This document shows positions 36,780 through 49,748 of a stretch of 56,388 nucleotides of DNA, piece by piece. This stretch comes from Xylographa opegraphella. Its lineage: Eukaryota. Both the position numbers and the translations under genes were made by a program. Under the pieces are notes generated by a model. The model saw only the letters and a program-made list of their open reading frames with translations, ran no database searches and was not told where the DNA came from. The stretch lies in the NCBI GenBank assembly GCA_022813865.1, contig JALDZX010000089.1, positions 1 through 56,388 on the forward strand, in the 5' to 3' direction. The first letter of the stretch is position 1. Each line of letters opens with the position of its first letter.

Positions 36780-39700
36780 ATGACCGCAATTCTTAAGCCA
36801 TGGCTGTGCCCTGGAATCGAAAAGGAAGTAAGGCAGATACTATCGTGGAAGGCCAGAGCTCTGTCTGCACCGCATCCGGTCGAGAATGCTCCTCCGTACG
36901 AGGATGATGACAGCAATCTGCGTATACAATCGTCACAAGTTCCCAAAGTCGTGCAAGTAGTAAAGGTATGGACAAAACAGCCTCTGCAGCGGTGTCATCT
37001 CACTGTTGCTAGTTTCTTACATTTGACGACCCCGTCCAAGCCGTCATATCGGACAAATCTACCTCAATCACCGCAACGATCGTGTCAGCTGCAGTGGAAC
37101 AGTTCAAGCAGAAATACCGCAGAAGAATCACAGAAAACACACAAGGATGCTTGATCCAGCTTCTGCAGTTTGAAATTGTCGCCACCCACCTCGGCCGGCA
37201 GAACGATCTTCTTACTCTTCGGATACAGGAATTTCGGCATATTGGATGCGACGGAGAAGGCACATATGGCAATCCACGCCAGATCATGAAGCAAGATGGC
37301 ATCACACAATTCTTGCACGAGCTGAAGGACTTCAGGTCTCGAATATCTGCAAAGCGGGCTGAGCTTCGCAATGGACATCGTGAAGGTTCCTTGAAATCTC
37401 AAGAAGGTATCAAGGAAGAGGAGGACCACGAATCTGAGGTTGTCAATAGTCAGCTAGCATTCGTAACACAACGCCAACATCGCAAATCAGCCAAAGCACC
37501 GTCTAGGTCGGCGCTAGGAGGACGAAAAGTGCAAAACCTAGAAGGGTTTGTCACTACTGAAGACACAAGTTCCCAGACTAGTCGTATATCATCGGAGGAG
37601 GTGGAGCAAAATATTCTAAGTATTCTCAAACAGGCGAAAGAAGATGAACTGAGCTGTTCCCGATCTTCTCCAACTTTGACCTTGGCTCCAAGTGTCAAGC
37701 CCCGAGATGGCTATGCAAACCCTCTAAATCACTCAGAGCTACTTGCGCTACTAGAAAGAGTCGATGAGGGCATTGTTCCACCTCGTGTATCCAACGAGAG
37801 TGGACAAAAGTATATGTCGAAAAGCTCTGCTATCTCTCTAAGTATCTCGGGAGACCATGATGTTCTCGGAGTCCAGGCCGGAAAAGATAGCAAGGTTGTG
37901 GGTATGATCAAATACGGTGGAAACGCCGCCAAATCAACCCTGAACAAGGGTCTTCTGCTTGACAATAACCAAGACAATGGTACGAATGAAGCCAATGAAC
38001 TCGACTACCCTGATACAGCTCCACGGATGGTGTCGAAAACAACTATTGGTTGTCAATCTCATGCTCATGTCTCACAAAAAGTTGACAGACCGCGTATGCC
38101 TTTACCTTTGGCAGGGGCTTTCTGTGAAGAAAATGAGGAAGATCCCTGGTATGGGATGCTTCACATCAAGAAGAGAGATGTCACAATTCCGAAAAACCAA
38201 CAAATCCTACTTGAACGGAGAGATTGCTGGCTGCCCCCGGAACCTGGTAGTAGAGGTCCAGTCGCAAACATACCAGTTTCCATTCTTCAGACTCTCACTG
38301 CCTTGGCCGAACGAGATATGGATATTTCGTCAACTGATGCAGTCGTTCAGCAAGACGACCCTGACTGTGGTTCGCTACAAGCACCGGCTGAGATACCTAT
38401 TCCCCAGTCCGGTCCTTTTAACCCACAGAACAGTACACGCGAGGACGAAGATTTACCAATCTCTACTGCAGAATGGCCGCCTTCCAGTCCACCTGCGATG
38501 CCGAAAGTTGACCAATTACCTTCAGATACTAGCCTGGAGGGGACTCCTCTACTTGAGGGAAAGGTTCGAAAACAAACACTTCGCACAGATAATCCTAGAT
38601 CGCCTTCATCGAATGGTAGAGCATCTGTTACTTCTGCAGGACGCATCTCGAATTTCGACATGGAAATACAGATTGATTCTCCAGTAAAGTCGTATTCGTC
38701 CATTTCGCCAAAACGCCTCAGACTACAACAAAGGCGTGAGCGGAAAGGTGGTTATGACAGGAATTTCAATACAGAGTCTGATCCCAATTTTAATGATTGT
38801 CATGAAATCGCAGTGCAGACAGAGCGAGAAGTGAGTGAGTATAATGCTCAATCTCGAATAGCTCGTGCAACGGAGACGGACGATGAAATTGAGCATGGCT
38901 ATGCTGAACTCAACAAGAGTTTGTACGTTACCGGTAATCATCAGAATATCACTGATTTGGAGCGAAGTCTTGGAAGATTGTTGCCACTAGACTCAGATGA
39001 GGAGACGTCCTCTCATCGACAGGCTTCTCGTTTTCAGCCCCTTCATAACGACCATGATGGTACTCATTTGAATACCACCAAACACCATTCAAAAGTACCA
39101 GAGGAAGTGACTGTCGTGAAGGATATTGAGGTTGCATATTCGAGCTCATCAGAGCTGGAGACCTCAGTACCGAATGCCCTATGTGAGAGGAACTTAATTA
39201 CCTATGAGACGATGCAACGCTCCACGCCTATGGAAAGCACAGATTCTCGACAGTCAACTCTTCAAGTCCACCGAACTCCTTACACAAATCAAGATCCTCG
39301 AGTAAAGACAAGAATATTACCGAAGAAGTTAGTGGCAGAGAATGCTACAAAGCAAGACCGAAAGACCGAGGAGGTGATAAGGCAAAACAATATTTCAGAT
39401 AACGAGTCTATCGCAGAAGACATTATTCCCGGAACTTACAGCCATTTGGACAATGACCAAAAGCTAGATATAGATCACTCCAACATAAACTTTACTGAAA
39501 ACGCAGAGAAGACTGCTTCTATATTCCACGAAGGTGGGGTGCCATATATCATCGAAGAAGCATCGGTGAAAATGGAGAAGAAGAATGCGGAGGAACTTGC
39601 GGTAGGTAAATTAGCAGGTCCAATACGTGTGACCAAGCGTGGGACGGAGGAGCTTCCAATCAACTCTCTGAATATTGGCAAGCGCCGCAAGCGAACCAAG

Positions 39701-41326
39701 CCTTCGAAAGCAACGATGACAGAGCCTCAGCAATGGGGAGAGACCCCAGAGACCGAAGCCGAACAGCTGTACCAAGACTTCCTAAATAATAGCAACGCCC
39801 AGTTGCGAAGTTCAGCACTATTTCCTGATCAAGTGCTGAAAGAAAGTGTCGAAAAGCTCCAAGACACTACTCCAGCAGAACCAATTTTGCCACGTTCTTC
39901 TCAATACAATCGAGGTCTCTCTGCAGCTCAAGGCATGTGCGAAACTAAAACCACTTGCACACAGACCCCAGAAGCCACTTCCTCTCGGAGCGGAACTCCA
40001 TGCAGAGATTTTCAGGTTACTAGGGCAGAAACGGTTTCACTGCCGAAGGATGAATCTGCTTCTCTAGTACAGAGCATGCCAAATAGGCGTTCGTCCGATC
40101 TTGTGGATAAGTCAATTTTCTCAACTTTCCGCGAGGCATATCCTGCATACCAGGGAAATCGGAAGCATTTTGTTGCTATGTGTCGGAAGATTCAGACTTT
40201 GGAAACGAATCATCGGATGGAACACAAATCACTATGGGACGACTTCATCATTCGACACCAGATGGAATATCGGGCGTACCTTCATGAATGCTCGGAGCAA
40301 GCGGATGATCCTATGTCTTACGAGACATTCTACCACTCCAAGATTGATGAACCGCAGTTCAGTAAGCGGATTATCACACCTGGCAACTTGTGCGAAGCCA
40401 TTTCTGGAAGTCTGCAAGATGGAGACTTGATTGTCAGCACAGAGACTTCAAGGCTGCAAGGGACCGAAGCCTCATACTTGGGATCTCCATTTGCACGCAA
40501 GTTGCCTTCACGGGACATCTCACCGTTCCTGCAAAACCCATCAGCCCGGCAGACGACTCCGTTACCGCGGGTTTCACCATTACAGCGCAAGTCGCCATTT
40601 CAACAGGATTCACTATCAGACTCTCGACTTACCCCAAAGCAATCAACTCCCAGAAAACCAGCAACCTGGCTGTCACCGATCCTAGGCACGCCGCGAACGA
40701 CTGAGAAGACTCCACGCTCACTACCATGGAAGCGAAAGGTTCCCGATGACCCGTTCTCCTCGGACCAAAATCCGAAGCGAAGGATCGTCTCAAACGTTGG
40801 AGTGAGCTCGTCCGAGAAGCCGCACCATATCCAAGCATCAACAAAGTCACCTGCCCAGCATGTGACCACTTCACGTCGTGTCTATCCAGCCACTGCTCAT
40901 CCACGGATTTCGGCAGCCATGCCCACGAAGGCCACGAGCATCTCGAGCAACGGCACACAGAAGGCCGCAAGGAGTAGCGCAGATAGTACCACACCACAGG
41001 CAGCCCGACTCCCCTCCATACACGCTACAACTGCTTCGTCCAGACCTACTACCACCTACACCACATCATCCAGCCTCCCAGCCCGCAAAGCAGCCATGCC
41101 CTCTCACCAAATACCTCAAGAGCCACCGGCCCAGCCTTGGTACCTCGACCCCGTGAACCCGTTCCGCTCTTTTGCGCGCGCGGACGCCTCGATCCGAAAC
41201 GGCAATGGCAACGGCTTCGTGGACGAGAAGCACCAGCAGTGGGGGAGGGGCACGAAGGCAGAGATCGAGAACGGGGTGGTTTTGACGCAGATGAGGAGGC
41301 TTGATGTCTTGGATTGGGAGCTGTAG
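36780..41326 (+). CDS. TPP1/Est3-type OB-fold telomere protein with long disordered region (about 1500 aa, 2 exons)
   Basis: The N-terminal LKPWL...VVQVVK/FL...AVISDKSTSITA...FKQKYRRRITENTQGCLIQLLQFEI matches the TPP1/ACD OB-fold pattern in filamentous fungi. There is an intron at about 36966-37011. The remainder is mostly low-complexity. Confidence 0.7.
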
Positions 41327-42465
41327 CGAGGTGTTGCTGTAGGACTCGGATGGGAGAATGGGGTTGTGCGGTATTCGTGGGGCGTGCATTATGTAAAAGG
41401 GATATTTGGGGTCTTTTTTCTTCATGTTTGTTAGGTTGAGGCAATATCCTACATAGTTAACGGCTGAGATTATTTGCTGGAGAGGTTTAGAACGACACAT
41501 TTGCAGGGTTTTCATGTGTTGGATGGCTGTGCATCCTGTCTGGATGTGATTCTCCCTTGCTATGTAAGACTCGGGACACTATCTGCCAAAGACCATTTCC
41601 ACGACACAATGGACGGTCCATCGTAGGACAGCAAGTTTTATTACGCTTTCCCCCACATGCCTCCATCCCTCTATTTTCGTGACACCTCCCCTCATACATA
41701 TCCTACTACGCACAGTGCTTCTGTTCAAACGTCCATTTCAGATCCATCGATAGCGCAAAGCCAGCGCAAGGCTTTCCCTCTAGAAGCTCCATTCAGGTGT
41801 CGGTCCAACTCGATGTCCTCCAACGACCCCACTGAGAGGGGCTCGACCACGAAAGCCGTGAGATTTCTTTTTGGATTGCTTCTTGGTGAAAAGGTAGGGT
41901 GCCGGTGGGGACAGAAACGATGGGAGAGGTATGGACTTCGAGGAGAGCCTGGTGGAGGAGGACTTTTCTTCCGATAATAGAGACAGGTAGCCGCCCTTGG
42001 TGACCGGTCTGATTATCGCAGAGTAGATTGGAGCGCGCTCTTCTTGATGTATCCGGTTGTTGGAGATCTATCGTTGTGTCCTTGCGAGACCAGCGCTAGG
42101 ATTCTGCATCCTTTTGTGCTTTCACGCTGTAGTCGCCCAGGTTGCTTTTCCCAGAATGTGCAGGCCGAGTTCAGAGCGATTGGCCGTTTCCTGTGATAAA
42201 GGCTGAAGATGACCGGAGACATTGGCTCGGCCACAGTAGAGATGCCGAATTCGGTAGAATGGATGTGTACCTTGCCTCTGAGGATGTTCGTATTCATCGG
42301 AGTGCGACACCATCTTTGACCGTCTATAAATAAGTCTTACGCCCCAGGCAACGTGTATGGCATCCACATCAGCCAAGGGGATCTTTCCTTCGAAATCGGT
42401 ATTTGCTTGACCAGCGTCTCCTCGAACTTCACTGACAGGGCACAATTCAACCCGCCGACCTCATG

Positions 42466-43094
42466 TCATCCCAGCTCTCCTCGCTCCTCACTACTCGCAG
42501 ACTTCTCCACTCTCACCTCCTCGTGCCCTTCTCCTCTCGCCTTCCTCCCAGGCACAAGCGCCGCTTCCTTCCGCCGCACCAGCGCCGCCGTGCCCGCACT
42601 CTCACGCGAGGTATCCGAGGGAAGCGGCCCCTCAACCTCTATCTTCGTGATATGCGGACCCGGCACAACGATCAGGCCAATATAGCGCGGAGGAGAAAGA
42701 TCGAGCGTGACGGTTTGCAAATCTCCATGCGCATCAGTGGCAGAGGTATCCCCGGCGGAAGTGGGGTTTGAGGAGATGATGGTCGAGGCGGCGGAGGGGA
42801 GGGCGGGGATGCGGTATTCGTGGGCGGAGGAGAGGATGATGTTGCGGTCCTGCTCGAGGAGTTATTTGGTTAGCATTTGTGGTGGATGTAGGAGATTGAG
42901 CGAAGGATTGCGAGGGTCGAGTTTCTTTATAGAAGAGGAATCACGGGGTGGGGACATTCGGGTGGAGCGGCGGGTAGTCCTACGTTATCTGTGCATTTGA
43001 ACTCTCCGACGAACATACGGTTGTCGGTGGTGTAGATATGGAAGACGCGGTTAAGGAGGGAGCCGAGGTAGGCTTTGGCTTGCTCAATATCCAT
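42466..43094 (-). CDS. MAK31: Sm-like (LSM) domain protein, NatC auxiliary subunit MAK31/NAA38
   Basis: Exon 1 (43094-42984) encodes MDIEQAKAYLGSLLNRVFHIYTTDNRMFVGEFKCTDN. After the intron 42983-42850, exon 2 (42849-42466) encodes DRNIILS..HEYR...RYIGLIVVPGPHITKIEVE, giving the Sm1/Sm2 motifs of MAK31. Confidence 0.85.
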
Positions 43095-43728
43095 GCTATC
43101 GTCCGAGTCTTCGAGTATGTGTGGAGTGATTCACGAAGTGTGGTTCCATAAGGCTGCGCAAAGAGCTACCCGGTAGTGAGTTAGCCTAATTCTAATATAC
43201 CGCAGTACTATAAGCCAAGCGGAGCAGTGTGAGTTCTGGAAAAAGGCGTCAAGCTTATGTCAATGGTCGCTGTCATCATATCCCAAGATATACACTTGGA
43301 TTGGACCGGGCTTGAACCAGCTTCTTTGTCGTGATCATAATCTATATACTGATCGCAGAAATACCTAATCCACCAGTCAAAATGCATCAAGTCCAGCCCC
43401 CGGCCGTATCTCCTGCAGGAGCACTCACGCGTTGTAACATTTGACACCGTGGTATGTTACTACCGCGTAATTAGCTACTGATGTAGGTTGCAAATGGCGG
43501 AACAATAAATCACCATATATGTCGCAATTACGCAAAATGCCTTACCCACTCGACATCCAGCCGATGGGTACGGAGATGAAAACCGAAAATCTGCCTCTTT
43601 ACATTAGACCAACGCCATCACTGACCCAATCATTGTGAATGCCGGAACCAGATCTGATTTCTAGATGAAACCAAATGCCTCATCGAAAAAGTCGTCATCA
43701 GCTTCCGAGCTACTTTCCATTTCATCCC

Positions 43729-45250
43729 CTACGCTGAAGATGTCTGTGTCGGAACCGTGGAGTCATCGTCCGAGTTTTCATATACCTCCTCCACGACATG
43801 AATTGGGTCTCCCGCGCTGTCGATGAGGGGGTTGTCGCCGCCATGAACGACATAGGTCATAAGCTGATACCGTACCAACTGGCCGGTTCTAGACCATTTA
43901 CTCCATACTTCCACGTTTCGCGGCTGGAACAGTGGCCAGTCCAGGACAAAGTCTTCCAGTTCCGAATGCCGTCTGAGGCCACTGAATGTTGATGCCCAGT
44001 CACCCTCCGTTAGTTCTATGCCTTGGAGCCATAAACGGCGCAGTAAAGGGTGCGACGAGATGAAAGTGATCAGTTCCCGTTGCGCGCACACAACAATTTG
44101 AGTTTCAGAATCTTCAAACACTCGAAGATGGGTGCAGGAGTCCCAAATCACTCAGATACGTGGCCGGCGTTCGTGTATAAACCGAGTTAGTTGCATGTTC
44201 GACGTCGAGTTCGAGAATCCTCAACTTAGGCATTGAGTTTAGCATTCTAGGGAGACCAGTCTGTATGTGTTGGAGGGCTTTCAATCCACTACTATCGTCT
44301 CTCTTTCCAAGTTCAAAGACACCCACATTTCGAAATACGTCCGACAAATGCTGCCACGCAACTGGGTTCGTTGCAACACAATCGAGAAAAATGTTGGGCA
44401 CCTTGAGCTGTCGCAATTATATGTGACAATCCGATAACAGCGCCAGCGCAGTCGTGATCGAAGATAGTTCGACACCCAAATTTGTCGAGTATTGAAACGG
44501 TGGCATGTAGAATTGATGCCAACTGCGTACAAATGGTGTTTGATGTACACCGTAGTTCGGATAATAAATCAACCACACTGGCGGGGTGATATAGGAAAGC
44601 CATTCGTGTTCAAATCTAATTGCCCGAAGTCTATGTAATGACTTCAACGACAGACAAAAGCGGATCGTTGCTTCGCCATTCTTTCGGTTCCGAGCTTGCT
44701 CTTCACCCACCTTCTTGTAGGCTTCATGCCCTCTCAGTACGACAGCAAGGACTTTTGCCTTCTGCGGTTTCGTCTTGGCATTATGCCGTTGCATATTCAA
44801 TATGAAGTCGCTCATCTTGCGGTCCTCACTACTCACAATCGTATCGGGATCGGTCATTGCGTGGACTGCGAATGGATGAGCCAAAAGCTGGTGCACATAT
44901 GAGTCCAAGGAGATATCTTTATTGAAGTGCGAGGTGCAGAATACAAGCTCAGTAATCGATGAGCTCATCTCCGGATGACTGGTGATCCGAGAAAAGACCT
45001 CTAGATCCTTTGTGTAGTGAGAAAGGTAGACACGCGTGAACAGAAGCCCAATCGGTAGACGAGACCATCGGCGACACACCAGTCGAACTTGTTTGAGAGA
45101 ATTCTTCTTCAAAGACTGGAAGATCATGAATAACACTTCGTCCGGGAGATGTGGTATGGAGTGACTCGGAGCTCTGATGTTGCATTGTAATTCGGCCTCG
45201 AGAAGCTCCTCGCTCGTCAGGCAGTCGAAGTCGTCCGAGAATACCGACAT
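43729..45250 (-). pseudogene. F-box / LRR-like protein, disrupted
   Basis: F-box motif LPDEVLFMIFQSLKKNSLKQVRLVCRRWS. An in-frame TAA at 44419-44417 is followed directly by the continuation LRQLKVP. A frame change near 44150-44080 precedes LRRLWLQGIELTEGDW. No clear splice signals were seen that would rescue the stop. Confidence 0.7.
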
Positions 45251-46805
45251 TGCCGCAAGAACGGAGGTAGGAGTCTTCCGATATGGAGATGCTTCCACAA
45301 TATAAAACACTGGGCTAACGCCCACAATAACAGATAGGATGGACGCGGAATAGCAAGGCCGGGACTCGACGCTCTCTGAGTACACGAAGAGATATACAGC
45401 ACTGACTTCCAAGTACCACGTGAGATAGCCAAAGTAACTGGAGAATTTTAACCATAAAATAGTTACGCTTCAGCTACCCACCAACGAAGAACAAATATGT
45501 ACGGAGTGAAGTCGCGCACCTGGGAAACTCGAGCAACTTAGGGCACTACTGAGTCACAGATTATTCATAAGGTACCTAACCTATGGGTGAAAAGTGCATG
45601 AAAGATTGGATAAGGCAGGGGGGCATCCTACGCACAAGCGGCAGTCGCGTCAAGCTTTATTCTTAGCTCCGGCAGGATCTAGCGCAGTTCTCTTTCCATG
45701 GGGCTATCCTCGCGCTAGTCCCAAAGAGGCACTAATCGAATAGAGTAGAGATACTTCCGAGGCAAATCCAAAGCCCTATCATTGACGACACCTCTCTATC
45801 CCACGGCTACCAGGAGAAAACATGAGCAAGAAAGTTGTGTGTACTGCAACTCAATCACACAATCTGACATGTTGTAAGTATGTCACGATATTCACTTCCA
45901 CAGCATCTGTGCAATGCTTGTGGGAGGTTACTCGCACAAGGTTTACGAGAAAGGATTGCAAATTTAGTCAAGGTGCGAACTTGAAAAGTTTCGTATTAAA
46001 CCATATCTTTTTTTCTGTTTAACGTGAGGCATTTAAAGCACTACATCCCAAAAGGTCCCACTCTCAGCATGCAGTAGGGTACCGCTTCACCGCCTCACTA
46101 TATTCTCGCCTGCATAGAGGACGAAACTTCTAATCGCTAGTCCTACCCTGGCCTTACTGTCACAGCTGCGGCCGCTAGGTTGCCAAATATCGCCATCCGC
46201 TTCTTCCTTACGCACTCCACCAAATTCTATGAATCGGTGCTTTGATGAATGACGTATACGATCAAAAGTCAACAGTCCAGTTCTTTGCAGTAACCTCAAT
46301 GTCATGCAGATTGTAAGATTTGAAAATCGCATGTAGGACTTTGTGTCTGCTCAAAGGGGCCAGATGTAGCAAGAGACTTGATCATGCTACCTTAATACAT
46401 CGGAGCTTCACGCGTCAAGCTCTTTTCCCGAATAGCGTAAGTTAGCGTAAAACGCGTTTCTTTCGGTAACTACCTAGTGCCTTCCAAAATTCTTAAGGCA
46501 ACTAACTCCCAAAGGGAAGAACGCCAGCATCTAGGAGCGAATGCAGCCTGCATCCGAAGCTACTGCACAACCCTCACATCCTTGAGAATCACCGCTGTGC
46601 AGGCCCATAGGAATCCCGGAAACTGTTCCAACCACCCGCATCACAAGCCAGCATTCTATTCCGTCCAGAGGGTCGAAAAACGAATGAATGACAAGCCAGC
46701 CCTGTTAGACCAAAGACGAGCAACCCAGGCTCGTACAACTCCATCGGGATAGCCACTACCGGTTATCCCCCTCCCATTTCTTCCACCCTGCCCTCCCCCC
46801 CCCCC

Positions 46806-47867
46806 TCACCTCCTCCCTCCACCCAACCCCACCTCCTCCACCCCAGCCACCAAATACGCCAACAGCACACTCCGATACGTCACCAACAGCGTGTGCTCGT
46901 CGCCGTCCTGGAACCACTGCGCGCCCTTCCTGGCGCCCAGCTCATCGAACCAGCAAAACCCCACCACCGGGCTCCCGGCAATGAACGTCAGCGACATCAT
47001 GCTGCGGTAATCGAAGACCAGCGCGCGAGGAGCGCCCGTCTTGATCATGTAGGACGGCACCTGCCGCGCGATGGCGATGGCGTTGGCCTTGAGCGGCGCG
47101 TTCCACACCGCCGACTTGCCGCGGCGGAGCGTCCATTTGTAGAGGGGTTCGTCTTCGCGGCGCGCTCTAATGCAAGTACGGTCATTGGATCAGCCGTGCG
47201 AGCGAAGGGGATGGTGGGGGCAAGAAGAGCGCAAGTGGAGCGCTTACGTGGAAGTCGTGAGCGCGTCCTCCCAGTCCTCGTAGCGCAGCGAGCCGAGCGC
47301 CTTGACCTCGACGATGAGCACGCACCGGCCGCGGCCGCTGGCGGTGTCGGACTTCCGCTTCGCCAGCCAGGCGATGTTGAGCCTGTTGCGGGGCCCGGGC
47401 TGCGCGAAGAAAGTGCCCGGCTCGTGGGCCGCTTGCTCGAAGTAGGGGTGCACGTCGAGGTCCGGGTACATGACGCGCATGAGGGCGTGCGTGAAGCTGA
47501 TGAGCTGGGTGGTGGTGGCGAAGGCGACGTCGGCTTCGTTGACGGGCACGAACCCGTGGATCCACGACGGCCGAGGCGGGAGCTCATACCGCGTCCCGTT
47601 CGGGCAACGGGTGTTGATTCGCGGGAGGGCGGCTTCGAGCCGTTTGTGGATCGAGTGACGGTGCCAGAGGTAGCGGATGGCGCGCCACGGCTGCTCGGCC
47701 ACGAGCAGGTGAGGCGAGTTGCCCGGCTCGTTGTGAACGGGCCCTCCGTGGTACGGTGCGTTCTGCACATATGCAGGACATTCTAGCGTCTGGCATAATA
47801 TACTCAGTATGTATTCACGATTCGTTTCCAGGCTCCATTGGTCGCGGAGTCTTGCGTATTCTTGCAT
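46806..47867 (-). CDS. Hypothetical protein with PD-(D/E)xK nuclease-like fold (2+ exons; start uncertain)
   Basis: The intron 47247-47167 (GTAAGC..GCTGAT..TAG) joins the two ORFs in frame. Motifs are NEADV, RLNIAW, VLIVEVK, RQVPSY and ALVFDY. Confidence 0.6.
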
Positions 47868-48791
47868 TAGATGGAGCCGCCGAGTCGCTGAACGGAGGCC
47901 TGAGAGCTGCGTATGCTGATGGTTCGATCCATATAGTAGATGAACACCAAAGCCTGCAAAATGGCTGTGTTGCTCCGGATTGCCATATCTGCATTGTGTA
48001 ACATCCAAGCCAGCGACTCGTCTCATGCGGTACAAGGCCACCCAGGCTGCGGACACCCTCCGAAATCCACACACGCCTCATTTCGTTTCTTACGAACAAT
48101 AGGTACCCAATCGCGAGCCTTTACCTCCCATCACAGACTCGTGGTCCATGTGTTACGGTGGGAGTGGCCTTCAATGCAAGAGATCTGCATCTCGGCGAGA
48201 GACGCAAAATGCGTTTCATCTGGCGTGGCTCGGATCATCCTTCCAGACTCTACTCCAGACGAATGCACCGCAGGCCCAAGGCAGATGCCAATTGAAGATA
48301 TGCGGTCTTCTGCTTTCGTCCACGCATTGATACGACTGCTTGCAAATATTATATCATAGTTGAAAGTCGTGGATATATCAGAGTGCAAAGCAATGTATAC
48401 GGACAAAACTCGTCGCTAAATCAGGTGTGGAGTGGGCGGACAGTGTAACCCAATCCATATGTCGGAAGGGTTACAACAGGCGAAGCCGTCCAGAACCCGC
48501 CGCAAACCTGCATGATTTATACAGTTAGGCCGTCGGCGTCGAACCTTTTTCTCCCCCGACATCGCAAATACTGCAGACTACGAGCAATGAGATACAGTGA
48601 TCAAAATCCAATAAGAGCAGACTTGAAAGTATGTGGTAAGATAAATTTAGAGATCATTGATAGGCATTATTCGTAGACAACTCCCTCATAGATTAGCCCA
48701 TAACGCCGCAGCAATGCACGCTCAAAATGCAACCAAATTAGTGTTCATCAATTGATCCATCCAAGCCGCACTGCGGCGATAGCATCTCCGC

Positions 48792-49748
48792 CTAGTTCCC
48801 GTGCCTGAAAGGCTCATAAGCCGTCGGCCTTCCACCAACATTGTTCATCGGGGTTGGATGGTATTGCGCTGCGGGCCCATCAATACTCTCGTATGTGTAT
48901 GGTGTTCTCTGTGCAATAGTGCCCTTGTTGTATGCGGATTCCCGACTTCGACCTGAACAGCAACACGAGCTGAATGCCCAGAAGATGCCTGATACAAACG
49001 AGCAGGCCACTGCAAGCCACATATATATGAACATTGTGCGTCCGAGATAGAAAGTGATACCGTAGTTCTTCAGTGCGACGTTGAAAGCACTTCCAAGACC
49101 AACGTATGTTACGGTTGCGAGGATGGTAAAGGACCAGAGGAATATACCGGTGACGAGGCTGGCCAAGGTGGTGAAGATACTGCCAAGACGGCTGAAAAGA
49201 CCACCGATACCGACGAGGATCTCGACGGCTGTTGAGACGACTGCGAGAATGAAAAGGGTGGAAATCCATTTGGACGCCGTCTGCTCATAGTAACCGAGAG
49301 CGTTATTCAGATCGTTGGTGAACATGTTATTGGCAAAGGAGCCGGTGAAGCCCCAGACGGTGCGGGGATCGAACCAGAAGTGGAGTTGTTTTGCAGTACA
49401 GAAATCGACAGACTGCGCAGTTGTTTGACCCAAAGCCAGGAGGGAGCCAGTTGTATTGGCACCACTACCCGCACAATACCCCCACAGACCAATAGCGTAG
49501 AAATTCTCCAGAATTATCTTGCCGTCGGCGGTCTTGTCTGCGGGATCGGTCATGTTATTGGCAGGAAAGTTGATGAGAGACGAGTTATGGGCGGCAGCGG
49601 TAGCATTGGCTTGCAGGAAGTAGATATTGGAGAGATAACTGTTGTTGGCGTTTGTGCCGCCGAGTCCGACTATGATCTGAAAGACCAGCGATGCGATCGT
49701 CAAGACCATCGGAATGAACACACACACGAAGCGACCTGCTTTACCCAT
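48792..49748 (-). CDS. SUR7/PalI (claudin-like) family membrane protein
   Basis: Starts MGKAGRFVCVFIP (ATG 49748), followed by a TM helix, a Cys-containing loop FYAIGLWGYC...FC, three more TM helices and the tail SSCCC...YEPFRHG. Confidence 0.9.
   Translation of the reverse strand: MGKAGRFVCVFIPMVLTIASLVFQIIVGLGGTNANNSYLSNIYFLQANATAAAHNSSLINFPANNMTDPADKTADGKIILENFYAIGLWGYCAGSGANTTGSLLALGQTTAQSVDFCTAKQLHFWFDPRTVWGFTGSFANNMFTNDLNNALGYYEQTASKWISTLFILAVVSTAVEILVGIGGLFSRLGSIFTTLASLVTGIFLWSFTILATVTYVGLGSAFNVALKNYGITFYLGRTMFIYMWLAVACSFVSGIFWAFSSCCCSGRSRESAYNKGTIAQRTPYTYESIDGPAAQYHPTPMNNVGGRPTAYEPFRHGN

Noticed and set aside
46893..47786. 297-aa plus-strand and 241-aa minus-strand alternative ORFs
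   Set aside because: These are GC-rich shadow frames of the spliced minus-strand gene and have low-complexity Arg/Ser/Ala composition.
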